A stretch of DNA of 62,784 bases, counting the filler, from a bacterium (GTDB taxonomy: Bacteria; UBP15; UBA6099; JAJRTR01): the NCBI GenBank assembly GCA_024278215.1. It is 5 parts of 5 records of this genome, joined end to end, with 100 filler letters (N's around TTAATTAATTAA, not from the genome) between each part and the next. Parts side by side here need not be neighbours in the genome. Positions count along the whole stretch, not along the records: positions 47,687 to 53,261 come from JAJRTR010000172.1; positions 53,362 to 62,784 come from JAJRTR010000176.1; 3 more parts are not named here. The stretch is one strand, 5' to 3'. Below are positions 49,255 through 57,940 of the stretch, piece by piece. Below the pieces are notes generated by a model, which ran no database searches, was not told where the DNA came from, and worked only from the letters and a program-made list of their open reading frames with translations. The position numbers and the translations under genes are program-made. Every line of letters begins with the position of its first letter. Within the stretch, counting starts at the first letter, position 1.

Positions 49255-49908
49255 TCATTCTTTTTCCCTGAGATCGAGGTAGAAGTGGTCGCCTTTACCC
49301 TGCTGTTGAGTATCCTGCGGGACCGGGCCGCCGGTGTTTATTTTATCTATTTTACGCTGCTGATTCTCTTCGATATTTTCATCGGATTTTCTATCATCTT
49401 TCCGTACTGTTTGTGTTTGTGCGGTCTTTTCGGCTTCCAGCTTGGCCATCTGTTTTTTCAGGCTTTCAAGTTCCGCCTGCTTTTCCTTCAGTTTCTTTTC
49501 GAGTTCGATAACCAGTTGCGGTTCGTCGCCCCTGCCGAGTTGTCTTCCGCCGCCGGGTCCGGCGACTGTGCTTTCTCCGCCTTCGCCTTTGCCGGTTTTT
49601 TTCTGTGGCGCCACAAGTGCACGAATCTGGCCGCTGCCTTCGAGAGGACGCAGCTCCGATGACATTTTCTGCTGTCCCACTCCGATATTCTGCTTTTGTA
49701 TCCCTGAGGGTTTAATGATGAATTCACCTTCGAGATTGTCTATTTTCTTTGTTTCCTGTGTTTCGATATCAGTTGTTCCCAGCGGTTCGAAATATGCGAT
49801 TGAAAGCATGCCGATGAATATGATTATCAACATGAAACAGAAGTCGATGTAGGGCATCAGGAACGATACCCGTTTCTTTGGTCTGCCTGAGGTTGGAGCT
49901 TCATTCAT
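49255..49908 (-). CDS. ExbD/TolR/MotB-like single-pass membrane protein with coiled-coil, low-complexity C-terminus
   Basis: N-terminal TM LMPYIDFCFMLIIIF with the P-x-I-D motif; no recognisable ExbD or OmpA domain follows. Confidence 0.6.
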   Translation of the reverse strand: MNEAPTSGRPKKRVSFLMPYIDFCFMLIIIFIGMLSIAYFEPLGTTDIETQETKKIDNLEGEFIIKPSGIQKQNIGVGQQKMSSELRPLEGSGQIRALVAPQKKTGKGEGGESTVAGPGGGRQLGRGDEPQLVIELEKKLKEKQAELESLKKQMAKLEAEKTAQTQTVRKDDRKSDENIEENQQRKIDKINTGGPVPQDTQQQGKGDHFYLDLREKE

Positions 49909-50017
49909 TTAATAATGTTCTTTCAATTTTATTATAGTAACTATCTGGCAATTAAACTTTATAAAATGGAAGACCGCACTTCCGGGTTCCCTGCGTTCCT
50001 GTGTTGATTCGTTTTCT

Positions 50018-51148
50018 TTATCCCGTTGCCCTCTCGCGGTTTGAGACCCGCCGCGATTCGTAGCTGGCGAGCATGCTCAACATTATAGACAGGCTGAGAC
50101 CGGTTATGGTGGGCTCGATCTTGACATAGATTCCGTAGCCGATGGCGGCTATGTCCCTGCTTGCGATGGCGGGGCCGATGAGAAGTCCGAGTCCGAACAG
50201 TGTACATATCAGGCCGAAACCCTGCGCGGCGGATGCCATGGTCACGAGTTTTTCTTCATAAGGTTCTGTCGAAACAAGGCCGACGATACACGTCCCTACA
50301 GCGACTATCGCCGCCCAGTATGTACTCAGCAATATACCGCCATAAAGAATAAACCAGACTCCGACCGAAAGCACCAGCGCGATGAAGATCATGTCCTTCC
50401 AGCCATCGGGTTTCCCTTTGACAATGCCGAGCACGAGATAGACGACCCACAGGGCCCAGGCCAGTCCCCACGCTGTTTTCACATAAGGCGCAAGGCTCTG
50501 CGTGATGGGGTCATTATGTGCCTTTTTTCTTATTTCCGCCAGCGGATCCTTTTCCCTCTCACCGCCTTTGTCTATTACTTTCACTCCCGGATTGGTGAAA
50601 CCCTCGATTTTTTTCTTGTCGGTTGTGAGTATCGCCGCGTTGGGGCGTTCCTGCACCCGGAAGTAGCCGCACTCGGCTGTGGACCTGAGCGGTATCATCA
50701 TGCGATTTTCAAATATGAACGGCGCGACAGGCAGCATTCTCACACTTCCGCCCATGTCGATGTTGGGGTCGTCAACCTTCATCTTTATTGTTCTTTTACC
50801 CGGGAATACTAACTCCGCTACCTTATCATCCTTATACCATGTAACTTTCGCGCGAAGCGACTCGGCGGCGAAACGAAGCGGAATGAATACGATGCCGCCG
50901 CGCTCGACCGGCGGCACGTCCGGCGAGATCGTGGCGCCGTCTACAACTATCGCGAAATCCGGTCTGACCCTGACCGTAGCATCAAGGATATCCTCCGCCA
51001 TTTCCATCGCCCTCGCACTTTGCGCGACAACAAAACACATCACCAGCACAGATGTCAGGACGAAAAGAATCGTTCCGGGTTCCGAGCAGTTTATCTTCTT
51101 CAAAAGAGTAGCCCCTAATTTAGTTTTCTGCTTATTTATTACTTTCAT
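50018..51148 (-). CDS. Copper-amine-oxidase-N (stalk) domain fused to a MotA/TolQ/ExbB-like membrane module
   Basis: VFIPLRFAAESLRAKVTW and APFIFENRMMIPLR; C-terminal LVTMASAAQGFGLICTLFG...DIAAIGYGIYVKIEPTITGL. Confidence 0.65.
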   Translation of the reverse strand: MKVINKQKTKLGATLLKKINCSEPGTILFVLTSVLVMCFVVAQSARAMEMAEDILDATVRVRPDFAIVVDGATISPDVPPVERGGIVFIPLRFAAESLRAKVTWYKDDKVAELVFPGKRTIKMKVDDPNIDMGGSVRMLPVAPFIFENRMMIPLRSTAECGYFRVQERPNAAILTTDKKKIEGFTNPGVKVIDKGGEREKDPLAEIRKKAHNDPITQSLAPYVKTAWGLAWALWVVYLVLGIVKGKPDGWKDMIFIALVLSVGVWFILYGGILLSTYWAAIVAVGTCIVGLVSTEPYEEKLVTMASAAQGFGLICTLFGLGLLIGPAIASRDIAAIGYGIYVKIEPTITGLSLSIMLSMLASYESRRVSNRERATG

Positions 51149-51233
51149 TTTTTACTTTATTCATTAATATTCTATTTTATACAAACCGGTAAAACCGTAT
51201 ATTGCCGTGTCGGCCTTATCGCTTAAAACCTTT

Positions 51234-51488
51234 TCAGTTTCCGTTCATGACTTCGGGCTCGGCACTTTCCCTGACGAGTTCACCGGCGTCGCGCGCATCC
51301 TGCGCCATGACTTTCACCCTCACCTCGCCCATGCCGTCGACATTGAAAACATGCACTGAAGGCGCTGCCGCGGATTCGAGAACGCATTTTATTCCGTTCG
51401 ACTCGAGCAGACCCCTGACAATATGCGCTTCCGGGAACCCCCAGGCTTTGTAGACGGTAACCCATTTGGCGGTTTTTTCGTTACTCAT
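51234..51488 (-). CDS. DUF2007 family putative signal-transducing protein
   Basis: WVTVY....EAHIVRGLLESNGI...GEVRVKV...DARDA. Confidence 0.85.
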   Translation of the reverse strand: MSNEKTAKWVTVYKAWGFPEAHIVRGLLESNGIKCVLESAAAPSVHVFNVDGMGEVRVKVMAQDARDAGELVRESAEPEVMNGN

Positions 51489-52020
51489 ACAAGATTATAC
51501 ACTGTTCCTCGAGTTCTGTGTGTTTTTTGCAGCCTATTCCAAAATCAGTGGAACTGTCGCAACCTTACACCGGATCGGATTTTGCATGCGAAGACCGGTA
51601 AAGCTATCCGAATGCTTCGGATGTAATAATCTCCATATCGAACGTACTGTTTTGACCGGGTGCGCGACATATTTGCGTAAGTTTCCGCCCTGTCGTCTCA
51701 TTCTTTGACCTCTGTGCAATTTCACGAAAATGATTTTGGAATGCTATAATTCGTGGGCAAATTGTGAAAAAAAACGTTTTTGGGAGGACATTATTGCAGC
51801 AGGCAGCGAGAACAAATCACGGACGAAGTGCAAATGTAGCAGAGCGCGGGAATAGTTTCCGAAAACAAGCAACCCGACTACTTCGATCAATTGCGGAAAA
51901 AACTTGCAATATATAAATATATAAATTAGAATAAGCGGGAAATCACCCGAAAGGGAAATTAGATATGTGCGCAAAAAAGAATGAAGTTTGCGCTATCTCG
52001 TATGGGCAGGAGGTGAGAAA

Positions 52021-52812
52021 TTGGACAGAGGTCTCTACACAGCCACAACAGGGATGCTCGTGCAGGAACTGCGACTTGATTATGCCGCGAACAACCTTGC
52101 GAACGTCAATACAATCGGGTTCAAGAGCAATGTCGGCGCGATAAAGTCTTTTCCGCAGATGCTGGTGCACAGGATAAACGACACATATCTGAAGACGAGC
52201 GGAGTCGAAGGGAATATGGATCTGCGGCCGCTTATAGGCATGAGCTCGATGGGGGCTGTTGTGGATGAGATCGCCACGAATTTCACCAGGGGAGACATCC
52301 AGATTACGGGCAACAAGTTTGACCTGTCGATCGACGGCAACGGATTTTTCGTAGTGGAAACGCCATACGGTGAACGAATGACCCGTGCGGGCAATTTCGC
52401 GATAAATGCCAACAGGCAACTGGTCACAAAGGACGGGTACCGTGTGATGGGAGAGAACGGCCCGATAATACTGGACGGGCACAGTTTCCAGGTGGATGAA
52501 CAGGGCGTTGTCTACGTCGGCCTTAAATCCGACGAATATGTGGACAAGCTGAAAATCGTAACCGTGGACGATTACAAAACGATCAAGAAGGTTGGCAACA
52601 ATCTCTACATGGTCCCAAAGGAACACCCGCAACCGTACACCACCACAGCGGTGACGGTAAGGCAGGGTACGTTGGAGATTTCAAATGTCAATCCTGTAAT
52701 CGAGTTGAGGCAGATGATCGATGTTATGCGAATGTACGAAGCAAACTCGAAAGTCATCCAGACCAAAGACTCGCTTATCGGCAAGGCGGCCGTCGAGATC
52801 GGCAAGAAGTAG
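52021..52812 (+). CDS. flgF: Flagellar basal-body rod protein FlgF, TTG start
   Basis: SD AGGAGGTGA; (M)DRGLYTATTGM, ANNLANVNTIGFK, DLSIDGNGFF, TRAGNF, LEISNVNPV; upstream of flgG. Confidence 0.88.
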   Translation: MDRGLYTATTGMLVQELRLDYAANNLANVNTIGFKSNVGAIKSFPQMLVHRINDTYLKTSGVEGNMDLRPLIGMSSMGAVVDEIATNFTRGDIQITGNKFDLSIDGNGFFVVETPYGERMTRAGNFAINANRQLVTKDGYRVMGENGPIILDGHSFQVDEQGVVYVGLKSDEYVDKLKIVTVDDYKTIKKVGNNLYMVPKEHPQPYTTTAVTVRQGTLEISNVNPVIELRQMIDVMRMYEANSKVIQTKDSLIGKAAVEIGKK

Positions 52813-53115
52813 AAACAGGCAGAGCGGCGATAGGAACGCCGACGCCGATGTGACAGAGTGGTTATAGACCGGAAAAACGGAATCCGGGCAGAGAGAGTGG
52901 ATAGGCCGGACTGCATGCAGAGGCTTAAGAACCGCCTACCGACCGACGCGGTTCAAGACACACACACACCAGCACCCCGGAAGCCTGAACACCAACAGGC
53001 TGACGCCGAATTTCCCCGGCGGAACATCCCAGGAACCACCCTGGCGCAATTATCAAAATCTATTACAAAGGCCGCGCGACGACGCGGCAAAAGCTATCGG
53101 AGGTCAGTAGCAACC

Positions 53116-53261
53116 ATGATGCGATCACTTTACACTGCTGCGAGCGGAATGCTCACGCAGCAGATGAGAACCGACAACATCGCTCACAATCTCGCAAATG
53201 TCAACACGACGGGATTCAAGAAATCACGAGTAGAGTTTCAAGACCTCTTTTATCAGACACT
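53116..53261 (+). CDS. flgG: Flagellar basal-body rod protein FlgG, N-terminus (truncated by contig end)
   Basis: [14 protein letters not shown]...[37 protein letters not shown]. Confidence 0.93.
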
Positions 53262-53361
53262 NNNNNNNNNNNNNNNNNNNNNNNNNNNNNNNNNNNNNNN
53301 NNNNNTTAATTAATTAANNNNNNNNNNNNNNNNNNNNNNNNNNNNNNNNNNNNNNNNNNNN
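53262..53361. other. Artificial contig linker
   Basis: N-TTAATTAATTAA-N spacer. Confidence 0.99.
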
Positions 53362-53635
53362 CTGCGTTGTCGGCACAAAATCATCCTCAACGTACTCGGC
53401 GAGTACGCCTGCGGGGATTTTGCACCTCCGCCTTGCTTCTGAAAAATTTCGTTCGACCTCGCTACGAACATAATTTTGATTCGTGTGTAATAAATCATTT
53501 TCCAAAACAATGTTTTTGTCAAAGTCGGTCAAGATGCTTTAAAATACTGAATGCACGTTCGTTATAGTCGATCATTGTTGGTTGACAATTGTCATCTTTG
53601 ACTTATTGCACACGAATCAATTTTGCAATTGGCTC
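53362..53635. mobile_element. MITE-like family A (partial) interrupted by a family B insertion
   Basis: Family A body 53362-53477, family B insert, then AATTTTGCAATTGGCTC. Confidence 0.85.
53478..53618. mobile_element. MITE-like family B copy nested at the family A terminus
   Basis: Reverse-complement homologue of 4927-5066, flanked by duplicated AATTTT (53472-53477, 53619-53624). Confidence 0.88.
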
Positions 53636-53736
53636 AATATATAGTGAGAATTTTGGGGACATGACTGAAATTTGACAGTTAGTTCCGGATCGTGTCACGT
53701 CGGGCTTGTAATGTCGCAAGAAGGGGTAGGGCGGAG

Positions 53737-53766
53737 GTAGGGCGGGGTACGGTGACCCCGCCTTAC
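53737..53766 (+). repeat. GTAG-type REP-like palindrome
   Basis: GTAG-GGCGGGGT-acggtg-ACCCCGCC-TTAC, preceded by a partial copy GTAGGGCGGAG at 53726. Confidence 0.55.
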
Positions 53767-53865
53767 ACTTTTATAGTTTTTACGCTACTCCTCTTACATC
53801 TTTTCTTTGTTGACAAGACACTACCTATAATAAAAACGCACAACTTAAGTTATAATATTTATCCT

Positions 53866-55392
53866 GTGGCTGACTATGCAAAAAAATTTTGCACATCCTG
53901 CGGGCGCCGGCTCAGGGCCGGCAGCGGTTTCTGCACGGGTTGCGGCAAAGCCTTCCTGCGGGAGAAAACGGCTGATGATGCGCCGCCGATTTCATTTCGT
54001 TCCGGAGTACCGGCTCCGCCGACCGATAAAAAACCGGTTCAGCCTGTGCCGCCCCCACGGGTACTGCCGGTTGTCCGTGTAACCGATCCTTCAACAAGAA
54101 TCTCCGGGCCGCTGCCTGTGCCGCCCCCACTGCCTCCGGAGGCAATGCCGCCCGCGCCTGCCATGCCGACCCCGGTTGTTATAATCGCTCCGCTTCCATC
54201 TCCGTTTTCCACGCCGTCTGCTCCTCTCGCCCCGCGTGAACCTCCCCCCGGCCCGCAGCGGGATATTGCTGTGTATGATACGTTCTCTATCGAGGAACCG
54301 GAAGCCGTGTGGAAGACAGTAGCTCCGGCGGACAATACGGACGATACGATCTGCGGCACCGTGCCGGAAAAAGTAAAACAGGAATTGTTTCAGGAAGAAC
54401 ATGCGGATTCTGCGGTGCCGGAAGAAGAATCTGTATGCCGGGTTGAAGCAGCGAGAGAAAAAGAACAGGCCGAACCTGAATCCCCCGAAAAAGAAAAACC
54501 ACTCAAGAAGGAAAAAGAAGTCCGGGATAAAGAACATCGAAGAAGAGGCGGATCAAAAACAGCAATAGTACTGACAGGGATATTGGTGGTAGCGGCGGTC
54601 GTCGGTTTTGTAGTAGCCGGACTCATGGCGCCGGACAGAAGGGTTGTCGACATCCCGGCCCTGGATGTGCCTCCGAATGTGCGGATAATGGAGAAACTTT
54701 TCGAAAGTGACGTACCTGCGCCCGAGCTCACAATTCGAGCCGAGATCGGCATGGATGCACAGAAAGAAGATGTCCGCAAATTGCTCGATGACATCTTCGA
54801 ACGCTATACCGCTTTTTATCGGAAAGCTGCGGGACGCGACCTCGGCGCAGTGACGATTTACCTGTATGCGTCTGAAGAAATATGGCGCGAAAGTCCCGGT
54901 TGGTGGGTTGGTCGCCTGAAGTGGGAGCGCGGCGGAAAACCGGTGTCGGATTTCAGGATGGACGCTGTTCTGCCCCGCTCCTCTGTTCCCGGCTATGGAT
55001 ACACGACCCCCGGGGAATACCTCGATGATGTCGACTCGATAGCAAGAGAAACCGTTCTCGCCGTCGACGGCATTCGTGAGCTCGTCAGGAAATACGATGC
55101 GATGGACATAGACGAAAAGCAACTCCGGGAACGTGCCGAACTCCGCGCCACCATCATGTCCGGCTTCACCCGCGACCTGCCCGAGCCACCCGGAAAAGAA
55201 TATGAGAAACTCCATAAAGCACTCGAAAAACTCGTCGAAGAAGCCCGCTTTTTTCAATCACTGTTCCCGGCTGACGGCGCGCCCGGCGACCAGCCCGACA
55301 TAGACCTGAAAACGATCTACAAGCGCTTCAAATCCTTCGATGCAGCTCATGCCGCGCTGTCAAAGGAACGAAAAGCCTTTGCTCTGAATTAA
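53866..55392 (+). CDS. Zinc-ribbon, Pro-rich single-pass membrane protein (probable GTG start at 53866)
   Basis: FCTSCG...FCTGCG, Pro-rich linker, TM AIVLTGILVVAAVVGFVVAGL, helical C-terminal domain. Confidence 0.75.
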   Translation: MADYAKKFCTSCGRRLRAGSGFCTGCGKAFLREKTADDAPPISFRSGVPAPPTDKKPVQPVPPPRVLPVVRVTDPSTRISGPLPVPPPLPPEAMPPAPAMPTPVVIIAPLPSPFSTPSAPLAPREPPPGPQRDIAVYDTFSIEEPEAVWKTVAPADNTDDTICGTVPEKVKQELFQEEHADSAVPEEESVCRVEAAREKEQAEPESPEKEKPLKKEKEVRDKEHRRRGGSKTAIVLTGILVVAAVVGFVVAGLMAPDRRVVDIPALDVPPNVRIMEKLFESDVPAPELTIRAEIGMDAQKEDVRKLLDDIFERYTAFYRKAAGRDLGAVTIYLYASEEIWRESPGWWVGRLKWERGGKPVSDFRMDAVLPRSSVPGYGYTTPGEYLDDVDSIARETVLAVDGIRELVRKYDAMDIDEKQLRERAELRATIMSGFTRDLPEPPGKEYEKLHKALEKLVEEARFFQSLFPADGAPGDQPDIDLKTIYKRFKSFDAAHAALSKERKAFALN

Positions 55393-55439
55393 TAGTCCTT
55401 ACTCGCACCTGGGGAAATATGAGGGTCAGTTGTTTCCGG

Positions 55440-56531
55440 TTAGAAGTATTGCCTGGCGCGACAGTATATTTCGTATGGGTGCAGGCAGATGTATGGAAGG
55501 TGGAAGCCTATCGCCGGCTCTGCGCTTCCGACATCCAGGCATGGTGCGACACACGTTTTTACTCTTTCTTTCGACGCTTTGAATCCCGGCGAATTTATGA
55601 TCGAAACAAGTTCGTTTTTCCTGATATTTCCACCTGAGGCGTATTCGTAGCAGGGCATCACGTTGCCGAAACTGTCGATTATTACAAAAAGGAAACCCGC
55701 GACGCAGGGTACTGTTCTCACGGGTCGATAGGCGTTTTGCAGATGTTCAAGGAAATAATGCGAGTTGGTTCTTATGTTGCGTTTCTTTAATTGCAGTTCC
55801 ATGTCGAGCAGCGTTTTCATGAGTTTCGTCATATCGACCGGCTTGAGCTTATCAAAGACTTTTCCGCTGATTCCCCTGTGCTGCATGTGCGCGTGCACGG
55901 GAGTGAACTGAATCCTGGAAACATCCAGCGGCACACACATTTCTACAATGTCACGGAGAGAATTCTCATTAAGGCTCGTCAGGGTTACGTTTATCCCGAC
56001 CGGGACAGGCGGTACGCAACTACGGAAATACTTTATTGTATTCAATACTGCTTCCAGGCCGTCGACGCCCCGAATTATTTCATATTCCGCTCTGTCCGCA
56101 CTGTCCAGCGATATGTGGACTACAGACAGTCCCGCACGGGCCAGTTCTTTCGCTCGCGAAGCCGTGACAGCCAGGCCGTTTGTGTTCATGTGCGTGCGGA
56201 TGCCACAGTTTCTGAATGCGGCGATACAATCAACGAGGTCATCCCTCATGGTGGGTTCCCCGCCGCCGATGGAAACGAGTTTCACGCCGAGCTGCTTCAT
56301 GCCGGGAATGAGGGATGTTATTTCATCGGTGGTCAATTCGTCCGCACCGCCGCGAGTGCTCTTTCCGACATTGCAAGTCACACATGCTGAATTGCACTTG
56401 CTGGTTATGTCGAGGTAGACAACAGGAATACGGACAGGGGCGGTATTCGTATGCCGCGACAGCCACACAGCAATGTAGTCCGACACCATCGGCATGATAC
56501 CCGTATTTTTTCCGTCTGCCGCACTGCTCAT
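55440..56531 (-). CDS. Radical SAM protein with SPASM/twitch domain
   Basis: CNSACVTC, SIGGGEP, NTNG, ISLDS, CVAG....IDSFGNVMPC. Confidence 0.9.
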   Translation of the reverse strand: MSSAADGKNTGIMPMVSDYIAVWLSRHTNTAPVRIPVVYLDITSKCNSACVTCNVGKSTRGGADELTTDEITSLIPGMKQLGVKLVSIGGGEPTMRDDLVDCIAAFRNCGIRTHMNTNGLAVTASRAKELARAGLSVVHISLDSADRAEYEIIRGVDGLEAVLNTIKYFRSCVPPVPVGINVTLTSLNENSLRDIVEMCVPLDVSRIQFTPVHAHMQHRGISGKVFDKLKPVDMTKLMKTLLDMELQLKKRNIRTNSHYFLEHLQNAYRPVRTVPCVAGFLFVIIDSFGNVMPCYEYASGGNIRKNELVSIINSPGFKASKERVKTCVAPCLDVGSAEPAIGFHLPYICLHPYEIYCRARQYF

Positions 56532-56552
56532 CTCATTCCACCTGTTGCATTA

Positions 56553-57812
56553 TCATCCCGTCGCGGTTCCGGCGTGACCGCGCAGTCCGTGTCTTTCTCC
56601 GACCGCTTCCACACCGGCCCGGACAATAGTACATACCCGTTCCACATCTTCGCAGGACAGCCCATGATAGACCGGGAACGAAACAGCCTCACGCGAAACT
56701 CTCGATACAACAGAATTGCCGTCTCCCGAACAATCGTCGGCAATCTCCGCGCCGATGCCGATGTCTGTTCCTCTCGCGGCAAGGTAGCGCCTGAGCCGAA
56801 ACGTGTCGCAGGGAACTCTGCCGACGATCATGTGGCAGGTGCCCTCATCACCGGCGGCAGTATGCTGAAAAGCAACAATATCGCCAAGCGACTCGTGATA
56901 CAGCGCCCTCAACTGTCTTCTGGCAGACAGTCTTTCCCGGTAATTATGAAGGTTGCTTTTCAGAATTTCCGCGAATCCGCCCGGCATTGCCGCCGACCTG
57001 ATTTTCGTCACTTCGCCGGGGGTCTTATTGCCGCTTTCTCTCGAACGATACAGTTTCACAAACAAGCTCTGCGCCCAGTGGTAGCTGAAAAGAGTCATCG
57101 GAATCCGCCACAGAACACTGCCGAGAAGCAGCTTTTCCAGAAGTGCTTTCAAGACATCGGGCAGAATGTTTTCAGGCTCGCCGTCCAGTTCGCAAAGTCT
57201 TTCGCGCACCCTGCGCAACCACTGCGTGTCGCTGCCCCATACGAGGCCGCCTTTTATACATTGGAGCGGTTTGGAAACATCAAAGCTGGTGATCGCCGCG
57301 TGTCCGAAACTCCCCACGGGTTTCCCTTCGGTCAGAGCGCCAAGCGCCTGTGCGCAATCTTCGATCAGCAACAGGCCCCTGCTGTCGGCTATTTCCGCAT
57401 AAGCGCCGATGTCGCACGGCTCGCCGAACAGGTGTGTCGCGACGATCGCTCCTGTCCGGCCTGTGACGGCGTCCGCCGAGCGCGCCGGGTCCATCTGGAA
57501 CGTGTGCGGGTCGATGTCCACGGCTACCGGCGCGAAACCGGACGCCCGAACCGCCGGATACAACAAACCGAATGTATATGCGGGCAGCAATATTTCCGCG
57601 CCCCTGTCCAGTCCCGACGTTTCCAGCAGCAGTTGCAGGGCTACGCGCCCGCTGGCGACGGGCAACGGAGAGCGAGACGCGACAATCTCTCCGAGTGCTT
57701 CATCGAGTTCAGCGCGGAGCGTGTCCGAGATCGGCTCGCCGGACATCGCGTATTTCAAAACAGCCGACATTCCATCTTTGAAGTACGGTTTTCTGCGTGG
57801 AATCGTTTTCAA
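56553..57812 (-). CDS. DegT/DnrJ/EryC1/StrS family PLP-dependent aminotransferase
   Basis: SGRVAL, LPAYTF, VDID, THLFG, IEDCAQALG, SFDVSKPL (PLP Lys). Confidence 0.9.
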   Translation of the reverse strand: MKTIPRRKPYFKDGMSAVLKYAMSGEPISDTLRAELDEALGEIVASRSPLPVASGRVALQLLLETSGLDRGAEILLPAYTFGLLYPAVRASGFAPVAVDIDPHTFQMDPARSADAVTGRTGAIVATHLFGEPCDIGAYAEIADSRGLLLIEDCAQALGALTEGKPVGSFGHAAITSFDVSKPLQCIKGGLVWGSDTQWLRRVRERLCELDGEPENILPDVLKALLEKLLLGSVLWRIPMTLFSYHWAQSLFVKLYRSRESGNKTPGEVTKIRSAAMPGGFAEILKSNLHNYRERLSARRQLRALYHESLGDIVAFQHTAAGDEGTCHMIVGRVPCDTFRLRRYLAARGTDIGIGAEIADDCSGDGNSVVSRVSREAVSFPVYHGLSCEDVERVCTIVRAGVEAVGERHGLRGHAGTATG

Positions 57813-57940
57813 TGCATTCTATCCCCGGCGAGATGCTGTCTGCGGCCCTCAATTACAAAATTAAAACCACTTCACCGATAATCCGTTTCCAGTGATATTA
57901 TTGTATTATATCAGATACGCGCATCTTTACAGACACCATA

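Noticed and set aside
52858-53115. N-terminal extension of FlgG in the ORF track
   Set aside because: FlgG homology and an SD (GGAGGT) place the start at 53116 or 53119.
56451-57881. 476-aa plus-strand ORF
   Set aside because: Fully antisense to the well-supported DegT-family gene, with no motifs.
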